Of a stretch of 64,000 bases of DNA, positions 50,901-64,000 are shown piece by piece. Position numbers and translations under genes: made by a program. Position 1 is the first letter of the stretch; each line of letters opens with the position of its first letter. This stretch comes from Chiloscyllium plagiosum (Eukaryota): contig NC_057756.1 in the NCBI RefSeq assembly GCF_004010195.1, forward strand, positions 8,096,676 to 8,160,675. Reading direction: 5' to 3'. The notes under the pieces were generated by a model, which saw only the letters and a list, made by a program, of their open reading frames with translations, did not search any database and was not told where the DNA came from.

Positions 50901-53900
50901 TAATTTACCACAGGTAAAAAAGAAACCCTTAAGAGGGACAAAGAAATTAAATGGCTCCGGTGTTTTCATTGTAATAAAGTGGGCCACACGAAATCACAGC
51001 GTTGGTGGACTTGGAGAAAGCCAGATGTAGGGAAACCAGACAAGCATGGATGTTTTGTTGGACTAGTAACAAAAAGGTAAGTTAGACAACTGCTTCAGAG
51101 TGTACAAAATGATCAGAGGTTGAGTAAGGAGGAAGTGCTAATGCTGCTTAAGAAATATATTTGCAAGAGTAAAGTTTATTCACATCAGCCAGGAGTAGCA
51201 GGTAAGGAGGTTACAATATTAAAGGACACAGGATCCTCTCAGTTGGTAATGCTGAAGGATGAGGAGATTTGCATGCCTGAGAGACTATTGCCAGAAAAGG
51301 TACTGGTAACAGGAATTCATGGTGAGACAAAAAGTGCTCAATTATGCAAAGTGAGGCTAGAGAGTCCAGAAATAGTGCAGAATTTGTGGTAGGAGTACTG
51401 GACACACTCTTAGCTCCAGGAATACAATTTGTCCTTGCAAATGATATAGCTGATGCATCGGGAGGCGTGCTGCCTACTCCAGGTGAAACGCCAGGGGAGA
51501 TGCAGACAACTAAAGACCTGGAGAATGTTTATCCAGGAAATTTCCCAGATTGTGTAATCACATAATCACAGAGGCACAAGTTGAAGCAGGAGAGATCAAA
51601 AGGCACGGAAAAGGAAGCTGAAGTAGTGCTATCCATAACTTCCTTTAATCAGATAAGCGGAACAGAGAAAGACCAAATAGGTAAACATTCAAGTATTTTT
51701 AGCTCTACTAAGCTGACTGAATTACAGCAAAAAGATGAGGAGTTAAAACAGTTATATCAAAAGGCATTTACTGAGAGAAAAAATGAATGCATTCCCTGAG
51801 TGTCAAATGATGTCTTAATGAGGAAATGGAGACCATTACACATTCAAGCAGATGAAAAATGGGCAGAGATTCATCAAATTGTTTTGCCAGTAGGATATAA
51901 AAAGGAGGTGCTGTAAGTGGCACACGAGCTACCACTTGGAGGTCATTTAGGAGTGAGGAAAACACAGGCTAAAATACAAAGTCATTTTTACTGATCTGGA
52001 CTCTGCAAAGACAAAGTTGAATTTTGCCAGACATATCATACATGTCAGCTAATTGGAAAACCGCAGGCAATAATAAAACCTACACCTTCGATACCTATTC
52101 CAGCATTTGAGGAACCTTTCACAAGTGTTTTGATTGATTGCGAAGGTTCCCTACTTCAAATAAAAAGTGGGAATGAGTATTTATTAACAACAATGGATGT
52201 GTCGGCGAGATTCCCAGAGGCAATCCCATTACACAACATCACAGCTCAAAGGGTTGGAGAAGAATTACTTAATTTTTTTACTAGATACAGACTGCCAATA
52301 GAGACCCAGTCAGATCAAGGATCAAACTTCAGATCCAAACTATTCAAACAAGTTATGGATAACTTGGTAATAATGCAATTCAAATCTCTTGTGTACCATT
52401 TGGAATTGCAGACAGCACTAGAGAGATGGCATCAAACACTAAGGACCACATTGAAGGCTTATGGTCAGGATTATCCAGATGATTGGGATAAGGGAATTCC
52501 GATTGTACTTTTTGCAATCAGAGACACATCGAATGAATTGACCAAATTCATTCCATTTGAATTAAATTTTGGGAATGAAGTAAGAGGACCATTAAAATTG
52601 ACGAAGGAGAAATTAATAAGTCAGAGTGCAGAGACCACCCATTTGTACAATGTGCCAAATTTTAAAGAACGATTAAATAGAACTGGAGAGTTGGTTAGAC
52701 AACATTTAAAAGTATCACAGCATACAATGAAACAAGAAGCTGATAAGAAATCACAAGTTCACAATTTTGCAATTGGGGATAAGGTTTTGGTGGTTCTTCC
52801 AGTAACTGGTGAGCCTTTAAGAGCAAGGTTTAGTGGACCTAATCAATTTGAGAGGAAATTGAGTGAGGTGAACTACTTAATAAGGATTCCAAACAGGAAG
52901 AAATCTCACAGTGTGTCATGTGAATATGCTCAAAGGGTATTTTGATAGGGAAGGAAAGCAAGAGGAGAAGGTGTTGGTGATTACAGCACAGAAGGAAGAA
53001 CAAAGTTCAGAGGATTCCGAATTGAACATTCCTCAAATCCAATTGGACAAATGAGGAAGATGTCAAAAATTGGGGTAAATTATTGAGTTATCTTCCATAA
53101 CAAAATGACCTGAAAGAGTTATTACTGTCACACGGGGAGATATGCAGAAATAAACTGGGAAGCACTAACCTAATTGTGCAAGAATAAACAATATCCTTAT
53201 AGGCATAACTCTCCAAAGTTGACACAGGTACAGAAGGAGATAGAGTGCATGCTCCCAGCTGGCATAATCGAAGTGAGTTACAATGACTGGAGCTCAGCCA
53301 TAGTCAGGGTGCCAATGCCAGGTGGTACCCAATGGTATGTATGGACTATTGCACATTTAACGCTGTTACAAAGATCGACGCATATCCAATTCCATGGTTG
53401 GAGGACTGTGTTGAAAACGTGGGACAAGCACCTTACATTTCTAAGTTAGACTTGCTCAATGGCTACTGGCAACTACCTCTGTCAGAGAGAGCAAAGGCAA
53501 TTTCAGCTTTCATAACACCAAATAGGCTATATCAAAGTCATGCCATTTGAGATGAAAAACGCTTCAGACACATTTCAGAGACTAATAAGGTCATTGCCAG
53601 ATTACTCAACTGTGTGGTGTATATTGATGACCTGGTGATTTTTAGTCACTCATGGAAGGAACATTTACAGCATTTATCGGACTTGTTCAATCGACCTTGG
53701 AATGCAGGCTTGCTGGTAAATCTAGCTAAAAGTGAATTTGCCAAAGCCCAAGTCACCTATGTCCATGTTATTGGACATAGACAAATGGACCCACGGGATG
53801 CGAAAGCAAAAGTAATTGGGGAATATCGCACAGCGTTGATGGAAAAGCAGTACTACGGTTCCTGGGATTGAGTGGATTTTACTGAATGTCTGTGTCGAAC

Positions 53901-55144
53901 TTTAGCAATGTGGTTGCTCCACTCACCAAATTGTTAAAAAAGGGCAAGAAGTTTCAGTGGATAGCGGACTGTCAAAAGACATTTGACAGCCTAAAAACTG
54001 TGTTAACCACTGCCCCAGTATTAGCCATACCAGATTACACAAAGCCTTTCACGGTGGCTATCGATGCCCGTGATGTGGGTGTCAGTGTGGTGCTCCTGCA
54101 GGAGGATGATGAGGGAATAGAAAGACCCAACAGGTATTTTTCCAGGAAGTTGAACATTCATCAACAGAAATATTCTGGGTGGAGAAAGAGACTTTAAGCT
54201 TGGTGTTGGCATCACAACATTGCAGTGTTTATATCACCAGCAATGCATCTTAGACAATTGTTATACACTGATCATAATCCATTGACATTTGTGGAGAATT
54301 TTAAGGACAAAAATGCCACACTGTTTAGATGGAGCTTGTTGCTGCAGCCACTTGATTTGACAATTGTACATGTGGCAGGTCACGGAAACGTGATAGCCAA
54401 TGCTTTATCAAAACTCGAACGAGGTATTTGGGGGCAGGTGTGCCGTGGCCTGAATTTGCATCGGGTTGTGCATGTTTGCATGTTTATAGTGAATTTGTAT
54501 GTATGTGTGTTTCGACTACCAACCAGGGTTCAGAAGGGTTAAAAATGAAGCTATCTTTTGGTATTGATTGCTCAGTTTTTTTAAGTGGGGAGGTGTCTCA
54601 AAGCTCACCCCTTTTTGTTCAAAAGCTGTTCCTTGGCTCAAGGAGACTCTGTGGTTGATTTTTTTCAGAGGGGCAATAAACCTCCAATCAGTCTAGTTTG
54701 GAATAGAGATGAAAAGGATTTTGAGAGGCCTTTAGTTTATATGTAAGCAATGAGACTTCAGGTCAAAGTGGTCATGTTTTAGAAGTGACCTGTATAAAGA
54801 GAGGGGAATGGTTCAGGGGAGCAGTTTTAGCTCAGTCTTGAATTGGGAAGTTCAACAGGGATCTGTGTGGAAACTCTCTCTCTCTTCTGCCCTTCAGCTT
54901 CAACCCGAAAGCATGTGTACCATTTATACTGGGTTTGAAAGGGAGTTTGCTTATTATGTTTTTTGTGTTTCACTATGTAATTTTGTGAATAAGTTTTATG
55001 TTTGTTTTAAAATCTAGTAGTCAACCTCGCTATCTTACTCTGAGTAATTTTCACTGTACAGTACACTTACTAAAACAAATTGCAAAGTTAGGTCGAAGCT
55101 GCCTGCTTAAGAATGTTTTGAGTTGTTTGGCCTAGTCCGTAACA
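47932..55144 (+). mobile_element. Near-complete decayed Gmr1-like Ty3/Gypsy LTR retrotransposon (gag-PR-INT-RT-RH)
   Basis: 5' LTR 47932-50195 (interrupted). tRNA-Pro-like PBS TGGGGGCT at 50199. gag from 50296. Zinc knuckle CFHCNKVGH (~50960), protease ILKDTGSS (~51220), integrase (51920-52945; SDQGSNF, FSGP), RT YIDD (~53620), RNase H AIDARDVG / YTDHNPL. PPT AAGTGGGGAGG. 3' LTR 54593-55144. Flanks are CTTA and CTGA. Confidence 0.92.
48392..50067 (-). mobile_element. CR1/HER1 LINE (5'-truncated) in the 5' LTR, itself containing a V-SINE at 49480-49688
   Basis: ANVVPLFKKGGKDKPGNYRPVSLTSV, MDFSKVFNKVP and GVPQRSVLGP. ATCTAG is duplicated at 48386-48391 and 50068-50073. Confidence 0.9.
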
Positions 55145-55952
55145 CTGAACTCTGTAGGTGCTATTAATTTAACATTAAATGAAATGTCACAGCTTTTCAT
55201 TCTTGCTTCAACAAAATTCTTCCAGAACTACTTTATTCCTGTCAAATCTCCTTTTCATTCCATGATCCAGAAAAACCAACCACTATCCTTACCACTCCAA
55301 TGAAATGCAAACTGATATCTCTGGAACTATTGTGGCAACAATTTGCTTCATAATATTCCAAGCAGTACCAAAAGACCTAAAACAATGGACAATTCTAAAG
55401 TCCAATATATTTACAATAACGGAGTTACAATGTATGAAACTTAAATGACCATTCCTCATTATTTTCTTGCTGGGTTTTGAATGGATTCTGTATGTCCTAA
55501 GTTCATTATTATTAGTAGATGCATTTAATATCGGCTGAGATTTTGAACTGTTTCAATTAAAGAACACAACCAAACAAACAATGCCAAGGATTTTTACTGC
55601 AATGTCTATGTTAACTAAGTAATAAGAGTCAAGATCAAAATTTTGATTTGGACGATACATTTGATATCCTGTAAAGTAGAATGATGATTCCTGGTTATCA
55701 ATTTAATACACAAACGATTACGTTAATTATTAAAAATAATGGGGCTGTACCAGAGTTGATCAAAGTTAAAGGCTGAAATCCTGATTAGTGGAAAATAATT
55801 AGATTCTTTTCAACATCCATGTCACATAGTGCTCTCTATGGCACTAAAATCTATTAGGTTCTGATAATAAAGGAATATACAATTCATGAAAAATATGACA
55901 ACAAAATGTGAAACTAGATTAGAAATAGAGACTAGGTTATTTGAAAATCATA

Positions 55953-56200
55953 ATTTGGAGATGCCGGTGTTGGGCTGGGTTGTACAAACTTAAAAATCAC
56001 ACAACACCAGGTTATAGTCCAACAGGTTTAATTGGAATCACTAGCTTTCGGAGCGACGCTCCTTCAGCAGGTGATAGTGGAGGGCTCGATCGTAGTGGAG
56101 AGCCCTCCACTATCACCTGATGAAGGAGCATCACTCCGAAAGCTAGTGTGCTTCCAATTAAACCTGTTGGACTATAACCTGGTGTTGTGTGATTTTTAAC
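55953..56200. mobile_element. Penelope-derived fold-back element (third family) with hammerhead
   Basis: Inverted arms about 55990-56087 and 56100-56200. 13-bp TSD TTTGAAAATCATA (55940-55952 and 56201-56213). CAC-CTGATGA-AGGAG-catca-CTCC-GAAA-GC-TA-GTG at 56114-56148. Confidence 0.88.
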
Positions 56201-58329
56201 TTTGAAAATCATAGGATACATATTACACAAAGGACTATGACTTTATCTCCTTCACAAATTAGCAACACTTATAATCATTAAAAACAAACTTGATCAATAC
56301 AAATTCTAAAACTATCATTCCAAATAGGGGTTTGGATATGTTTTGCAATTACTTCAATTGGAATGCACATGGCAGGGATTGTTACCTTAATTTATCTTAA
56401 TGTAAGTGCCAACGTGAAAGTTCAACAGTCAGTATGATAGATGGTTCATTGAATTAACTTCAAATCAGCAAACACTTTAAAGTTTTGCATTGCCATAGCA
56501 ACATTGAAATAATGGAGTAGTTTACTTACCACATTCTCTTGAGCTAGTAGGTTGCCTTTGTGTTGCAGATTTCATTCTAAAGCAACATTGTCCAAAATTT
56601 AAAAATTAAATGCTTTTCATGACAATATTATGTTATAAAAACTATGACCTGGTACAGACATATTCTACTTGCCAATGTGTTACCGTTGATGAAACTGATT
56701 TTTTTTTTCAAAGTGTACAGTACAAATTTATTACTGGCTGACCACCTTCTGTATTAGGTATTGAGACACAATATTCAAATAATGAGGGATTGAACAAATA
56801 AAATGATCATAACACGAAGGCATAGCTTAAATTATTTTAACCCATCATTTACATTGTTACAATGGTTCAAAAATGAAACTTTGAAGTTACTTAGAAGACA
56901 AGTTAAATTGACGAAGTCTATGAGATTTTCTGAATTAGAGTTTCAGTATTGGAGATTTAAAACTATGTCACAGCATTAGCAAAAGATAATGAATTTTCTC
57001 TCGAACTAAAATGAGGAACTAACAAAGACAAAGGATTCTTTCATTGCAATATATAAAACATTAACATTCTCAGTATAAACATGCTTTACACTTATCTATG
57101 ATTGATATAGAAATATTATGAATCAACTTTTTATAAATATACATTGTTCAAAATTACTTGGCCATAAAGAATTTAGCAAAGTTTAAGAAAAAAAGTTATA
57201 CAATGTACTCACCTATGTGATTTAATTTTGATTAACCATACACTGATCCCACCAATAAAACCCAAAAAAACAAGTGATGAAATCACTATGCCAACTGTGA
57301 CACCAACATTTGTTTTATGATCTGAAAATGCAACAGGAACAAATAATGAAACATCACATAACAAAATGGCCACAATTGCATTGTCTAGAGCTAATTGCCG
57401 CCTCAGTTGCAGATATGGTTAGCAAGACGTTAGCAAAACATAGCAGTAACGTCATGAGATCTATAATCATGATTTCAGCTAAATACAACTTGCTGACATT
57501 TAAATTCAGTTAGCAATTCTCAAAATTACTCAGCTGGTTCCTGTTTTAGTGAACGTACAACTGCTGTCAACTGTAAAAATCAGTACTGGGACAACAACTT
57601 TGTAGTGATGCCCACACTCCACGATAAATAAGAAAAAGAAAATTAACTTCTGAGTGACCCAGTAACAAACCAGACATTTAACGCTTTCTTTTACAGATCT
57701 CACAGACTGGCCAAGTGTTGAGTTGCTTTGATTGCAATCCCAACTACTTGCTAATTAGAATATCAAAACTCCACAAAAGGGGCATTTAGGATTGTCCACA
57801 TCTGCTCCATTTTATTAATCAACTTCTTCTGCACTTTCATCAAAACTATAAATTATATTAGTGAAATATGGTTCCATTTCACAAATGCTTTCTCGCTCCA
57901 TTTGATTATCTTAAAACTCCGAAGTGCCAGTTACTTTTATTCCCTGACAATGGAATCCAAATTCATTGTGTTTAGACAGGTTGCAAAATACAGAGTAAAG
58001 AAGTGGTTGTCCCCTAGTTGTTTGCAGAATCTAAACAAGTTTCATTTAATGGCTTGCTAAAGTTGTAAAGTGATTGAATTTCATCCTCATCAGTGGAATT
58101 CAAATACATATTTTTGTTAAGGAAAGATAATTAGTAATTGAATGTGTTTAAAGTGGAAATTGTAAACATTTATTTAAAGATGGACTTTAGTTTAAATTCA
58201 CTTGCAGAATGCAAGTAACAGGTCTTAAACTGGAGTTGCAAATCTGAGTAAAGAACCTAGCTCTGATATCTGTCCTATATCTATCACCCCTCAATTTAAA
58301 GCTCTGTCCTCTTGTGCTAGCCATCCTGC

Positions 58330-60345
58330 TAATGCTCTTTGGGAGGGTTTACACTAATTCAGCAGGGGGATGGGAATTGGAATTGTAGTTCCAGTGTACA
58401 CGAGTTGAGAATAGTGAGGCCATAAATCAGGTTTCAAGGTCACAAAGATGTACCAGCAGGCAGGGAGGTGGTTTGCAGTGCATCTATTTCAACACCAGGA
58501 GCATCCAGAATAAGGTGGGTGAACCTCAGTATGTGTTGGCACCTGGGAGATTGAAACTGGAGCCATTTCAGAGACATGGAAAGAGCAGGGTCAGGAATGA
58601 TTGTTGCAGGTTCCTGGATTTAGATATTTCAGTAAGAACAGGGAAGGTGGCAAAAGAGGGGGAGGTGTGGCATTGTTAGTCAAGGACAATATTATGGAGG
58701 CAGAAAGGACATTTGATGAGGACTCGTCCACTGAGGTAGTGTGGGCAGAGGTTAGAAACAAGAAAGGAGAGGTCACCCTGCTGAGAGTTTTCACCCTCTC
58801 AGAGAGTAGTAGGGGCGTGGAGTGCCCTGCCTGCAATAGTGGTAGACCCGCCAACTTTAAGGGAATTTAAATGGTCATTGGATAAACGTATGGATGAAAA
58901 TGGAAAAGTGTAGGTTAGATGGGCTTCAGATTGGTTTCACAGGTCGGTGCAACATCGTGGTCCACAGGTCCTGTCCTGCGCTGTCGTGTTCTATGTTATA
59001 AATGGACATAAGGAGTGTCAGGTCAACCATGATGCCACTGAACGGCAGACCAAAGTTGTGGGATCAAATGACATACTCCTGTTTCTATTTCTTTAGGTCT
59101 GAAACTTCTATGGATGTAGACCAATTATGAATTCTTCTTTTGCAAGTTTGCTCATGAAATCTAAGTTAAAATATTTGTTTTAAAATATCTCCGAAAAGTT
59201 CCAGTGATGTAGAGGAAAGAATTGCAAAGATGATGCTGAATAGGAGCGAAAGTAACAGGGTCATTGTTATGGGAGATTTTAGTTTTCCAAATATTGACTG
59301 GAAATATTGTTGATAGTGTGGTGCTGGAAAAGCACAGCAGGTCAGGAAGCATCCGAGGAGTAAGAGAATTGATATTTTGGGCATAAGCCCTTCATCAGGA
59401 AGCCCTTTCAGTCATAAGCCCTGAAAGGGCTTCCTGATGAAGGCCATATAACCGAAACATTGATTCCCCCCCTTTGTGGATGTTGCTTGACTGCTGTGCT
59501 TTTCCAGCACCACACTCTCAACTTTGATATCCAGCATCTGCAGTCCTCACTTTCTCTTAGTTCGAGTACTTTAGATGGTCCGTTTTTGTCCAATGTGTGC
59601 AGGAGGGTTTCCTGACACAGTATGTAGACAAGCCAAGGCTGCATTGGATTTGGCACTGGGTAATGAACCCGGCCAGGCATTGTATTTGGAGGTAGGTGTG
59701 CACTCTGGTGATACTGATCACAATTCAGTTATACTTACTTTTGCAATGGAAACAAATAAGTATGTACCACAGGACAAGAGTTATAGCTGGGGAAAGGCAA
59801 TTATGATGCAATTAGACAAGATTTAGAATGCATAGGGTGGGGAACAAAACTGCAGGGGATGGGCACAATTGAAATGTGGAGCTTATTCAAGGAACAGCTT
59901 GATGTTCTTGATAAGTATGTACCTGTCAGGCAAGGAGGAAGTGGTTGAACAAGGGAGGCGTGGTTTACTAAGGAAGTGGAATCTCTTGTCAAGAGGAGAA
60001 AGGAGGCTTATGTTAGGTTGAGATGTGAAGTCTCACTTGAAAGTTACAAGTTAGCCAGGAAAGACCTAAAAAGAGAGCTAAGAAAATCCAGGAGAGGGCA
60101 TGAGAAGTCTTTGGCAGGTAGGATCAAGAAAAACCCTAAAGCTTTCTATAGGTGTGTCAGGAATAAAAGAATGACTCCAGTAAGATTAGGGCCAGTCAAG
60201 GACAATAATGGACAGTTATGTGTGGAGTCCAAGGAGATAGGGGAGGTACTAAATGAATATTTTTTGTCAGTACTCACACTGGAAAAAGACAATGTTGTCA
60301 AGTGGAATACTGAGATACAGGCTACTAGACTTTCTGGGATTGGCA
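58330..60345 (+). mobile_element. Fragmented CR1 LINE (ORF2 endonuclease region), with a Penelope fold-back insert at ~59310-59557
   Basis: CIYFNTRSI.NK, REGGKRGGGVALLVKD, VIVMGDF.FPNIDW and GDTDHNSV. The insert has inverted arms around 59410 and degenerate hammerhead cores. Confidence 0.8.
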
Positions 60346-60474
60346 AAGTTAAAAATCACACAACACCAGGTTTTAGTCCAACAGGATCATTTGGACTAGC
60401 TTTCTAGCTTTCATACTAGCTTTCCCTACCACCTGATGAAGGAGCGGCGCTCCAAAAGCTCGTACTTCCAAACT

Positions 60475-63400
60475 ATTTGTCAGAACTGCAAGAAGGAGGG
60501 TTACCCGACCAAGGAATGCAAAGATGCCAAGAACTGTAATCTGTGCGGAGAGGTGGGCCACGTGTACAAGGCCTGCCCAAGACGAGGGGCCACCAGCTAT
60601 GCACAGATGGCCGGAGGTAGTAATGTGAGCCGTGGACTGCAAAAGGACCACAAACCAGCATGGGAACGGTGTCTGGGGGCACCCAGAGGGATGGAGCAGA
60701 GCAGACGGCAGCCAGCGGGGAGATGCAGCAGCCAATCCAAGCTCCCACAGGACAGGTGGAGGAAATGGAGGAGGAGTGAACCAAGGAGGCAGAGGAGTGG
60801 ATTCCTGTAAAAACCAGGAAGAGGAAACCTTGCCAGGCCCCCAAAGCCACCCAGCAAAGGGGGAAACGACACCTGCACGAGAAGGATGCAGCCAGCTCTT
60901 CAGATGGTGAGGACGGGCTTAAGGAAGGTTGTCACCAGAGGAAGAGACAAAGCGCCACAGGGAAAAAGGAAGGCAGCACCGCCCAAACAGGAAATGATGA
61001 ACCCTCTGAGGGGGCTGGTAACATTAAATCTGCTACGCAATGTGTCTCTATGCTGGCCTTCCTGGACAACATTAAAGCCGATGTCCTGTTTCTGCAGGAG
61101 TGTGGGATACCGCACCTCAGCAGCTACAGGAGATGGTCGAGCTTGTGGGCCCATGGGCCGTCAGTTTGGTCGGGGGGCAACGATAGCCGCGCCTCCGGCC
61201 TGGGTATCCTGTTGAGAGGAGGCAACTTCACCATCTCCGAGGTTAAGGAGGTGGTGGGCGGGCGCCTCCTCGTCGCCGACATCATGGACAGGAATGCTCC
61301 CCTGAGACTGATTAATGTGTACGCCCCAGTGGGTAAGAGGGAACGGTTGGCCGTCCTGCAGCAGCTTCCACTGTCGCTGGCTACGTCCAGGCCGGTCATT
61401 CTGGCCGGAGACTTCAACTGTATCATTGATGCAGATGGACGATCCAGCGGGGGGGACAGTAAACTGGACACCACGTCCAGAGCCCTGGTGGACACAGTAA
61501 AAGATGCCAAGCTGCACGACGTCTTCAGCACCCCTGCAGACGGAGCGCAGCGTAGATACACCTGGTCACGGGCAGACGGGTCTATCCGCTCAAGGATAGA
61601 TTACCTGTTTGTGTCCCGAATGCTCTCCGGTCAAGCCGGTGTTCTTTTCTGACCACTGCCTCCTGCTGGCCGACTGTTACCTACAGGACGAGCAGCGGGC
61701 TGGTAAGAGAACGTGGAAGCTGAACACAAAGCTATCGACTCCGGGAAACATTCAGGAGCTCAAGAGGGACTGGGGAACCGTGAAGCCCCTCTTTGAGTCC
61801 CCAGTGGACTGGTGGGAAACAGTAAAAGAGAACATCAAGAGGTTCTTCATCATCAAAGGTGTTCAGGAGGCGAGAGAGAGGTGGTGAAAACTGTCCCAGC
61901 TCCAGGAAAGTATGCAGACCCTGCTCCTGCTGCAGACGATGGGGTTCGATGTCACGGAGGACCTCCAGGAGGTGAAGGGCCAGCAAGCCTCGCTCTTTGC
62001 CTCAGAGGCCTCTAAGATAATCTTCCAGTCCAGGGTCCGCTCGGTGGAGCAGGACGAGACGTGGTCACGTTTCTTCTTCCAGAAGGTGCACAAAGAGAGC
62101 TCCGTGCTCAGCAGCCTGAAGGAAGAAGATGGCTCGATAATGTCATCTCAGGCTGACATCATGAGGATCAGCAAATCCTTCTACGCCAGTCTGTATGACG
62201 CGAAGCCAACCAACAGCGTGGCCTCCCAGTTGTTCCTGTCCTCTATCATGGATATCTTAGACGACAGAACACGGGAGAGGCTGGGCCAGCCGCTATCTCT
62301 GGACGAGCTGACCAAGGCCCTCGAGTCCTTTGAAAAGAATAAAACTCCCGGAAGCGACGGCTTACCGGTCGAGCTCTATTCCGCTCTGTGGGACTTGATT
62401 GGCCGGGACCTGCTGGAGGTATATGTCAGTATGCTTCAGGCAGGTACCATGAGTGAATCCATGAGGAAAGGCATCATCACCCTCGTCTACAAGCAGAAGG
62501 GTGAGCAGGAGGAAATCTGAAATTGGAGACCAATCTCACTATTAAATGCAGATTACAAAATCTTGGCAAAGATCATCGCCAACCGGGTCAGGTCTGCTCT
62601 GGGATTGGTGATCCACCCTGACCAAACCTGGCTGTACCGGGCAGGAAGATCACTGAGAGTCTTGCACTCCTCAGGGATAGGATCACCTAAGTGCAGGACA
62701 GAGGGTTGGACACCTGCCTGATCAGCCTGGACCAGAAGAAAGCCTTTGACAAGATATCTCATAAGTATATGAGAGATGTTCTCTCCAAAATGGGCTTTGG
62801 GAGGGAACCTGCAATTAGATCAGACTGCTCTACACCAACATTGTCAGTGCAGTCTCAATCAATGGGTGGGAATCAGATAGCTTCCCAGTCAGATCTAGAG
62901 TCAGGCAGGGCTGCCCGCTCTCTCCTGCCTTGTTTGTGTGTTGCATAGAGCCATTTGCCGAGTCCATCAGGAAGGATGCGAACCTAAAAGGGGTGACTAT
63001 TCCTGGCCGCGGGGGCCTGCAGGTTAAGGCCTCCCTGTACATGGATGACGTCACCATTTCCTGCTCGGATCCGCTGTCCGTGCACAGACTATTGTGCATC
63101 TGTGACCAGTTCTAATGGGCCTCGGGGGCCAAGGTCAACTGAGGCAAGAGCGAGGCCATGTTCTTCAGGAACTGGGCCGACCAATCCTCGATCCCCTCAC
63201 CGTCAGGACTGACCACCTGAAGGTGCTGGGTATTTGGTTCAGGGGGGCTGGGGCGTGCGCCAAGTCTTGGGAGGAGCGTATCAGCAAAGTGAGGCAGAAA
63301 CTGGATGGATGGAAGCTTCAGTCGCTCTCCATCGTGGGTCAAAACCTGGTTATCAGGTGTGAGGCACTGTCATTGCTATTATACGTGGCACAGGTCTGGC

Positions 63401-63930
63401 CTATTCCCAGAACGTGTGCCGCTGCAGTCACCCGGGCCATCTTCCAGTTCATATGGAGTTCAAAGATGGACCGGGTCCGAAGGGACTCACTGTATAAAGA
63501 TCTGGACAACGGGGGAAAAATTACACCCAATGCCACCCTCACCCTGCTGGCCACCTTTGTGTGTGGCTGCATCAAGCTGTGCGTGGATCCCTGGTACGCA
63601 AACACCAAGTGTCACTACGTACTGAGGGTTCTACCTGTCCCCGGTGTTGCGAAGGATGGGCCTGGCCTCGCTGCCGCGGAACGCTCCAAGTAGTTGGATC
63701 ATTCCGTATCACCTGTCCTTCGTGGAGAAATTTATGAAGAAAAACACTTTTGACCACAAGTCCATCAGGAAGTGGTCAGCACGTAGTGTCCTTGAGACCC
63801 TTCGGGAGAAGGAGAGGGCGGATCCTATCGAGCGGTTCCCTGAGCAGACTGTCAAAGCCATTTGGCTGAATGCCTCATCGCCAGAACTTTCCAACAAGCA
63901 CCAAGACATGGCTTGGCTGGTGGTGAGAAG
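60475..63930 (+). mobile_element. Tx1-type (L1 clade) non-LTR retrotransposon, decayed
   Basis: ORF1 CCHC knuckles CQNCKKEG...CNLCGEVGHVYKACP. Endonuclease motifs FLQECGIPH, LAGDFNCI, SRIDYLF and FSDH. RT motifs KTPGSDGLP, WRPISLLNADYKI, RQGCPLSP and YMDD. Multiple stops and frameshifts. Confidence 0.9.
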
Positions 63931-64000
63931 GGGTGGAAATGTGTTGCTGGAAAAGCGCAGCAGGTCAGGCAGCATCCAGGGAACAGGAGAATCGACGTTT
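63931..64000. mobile_element. Start of another Penelope terminal-repeat insertion (cut off by the window edge)
   Basis: TGTGTTGCTGGAAAAGCGCAGCAGGTCAGGCAGCATCC...GACGTTT matches 44700-44761. Confidence 0.8.

Noticed and set aside
56530..56576. Possible 47-nt minus-strand micro-exon (TTTAG|...GTG|GTAAGT)
   Set aside because: No recognisable peptide or partner exons. Such motifs are frequent by chance in AT-rich DNA.

Overview
Vertebrate genomic DNA, very likely from a cartilaginous fish: it carries HE1-like V-SINEs, HER1/CR1 LINE tails and shark-type GPR139-like and pentraxin genes. It is repeat-dense and has one assembly gap (44915-45556). Host genes: (1) an intact two-coding-exon short pentraxin (CRP/SAP-like; 30064-30127 + 33952-34568, 226 aa); (2) a tandem pentraxin pseudogene about 12 kb upstream, whose 5' coding part is replaced by a CR1 fragment; (3) a GPR139/142-like receptor gene (5880-5949 + 9987-10639) whose frame is open but lacks the DRY-TM4-ECL2 segment; (4) a frameshifted MAG/Siglec-like Ig exon on the minus strand. 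Mobile elements: a near-complete decayed Gmr1-type Gypsy element (integrase before RT), a second deleted Gypsy, solo LTRs, Rex1/Babar, Tx1 and CR1/L2 LINEs, and several SINE families. Most distinctive are many short Penelope-derived insertions from at least three families. They form fold-back palindromes, carry minimal hammerhead ribozyme cores and are often flanked by 12-17 bp target-site duplications. One lies in the probable pentraxin 3' UTR, with its sense-strand ribozyme core mutated. All calls come from reading the sequence by eye; no database searches were run.
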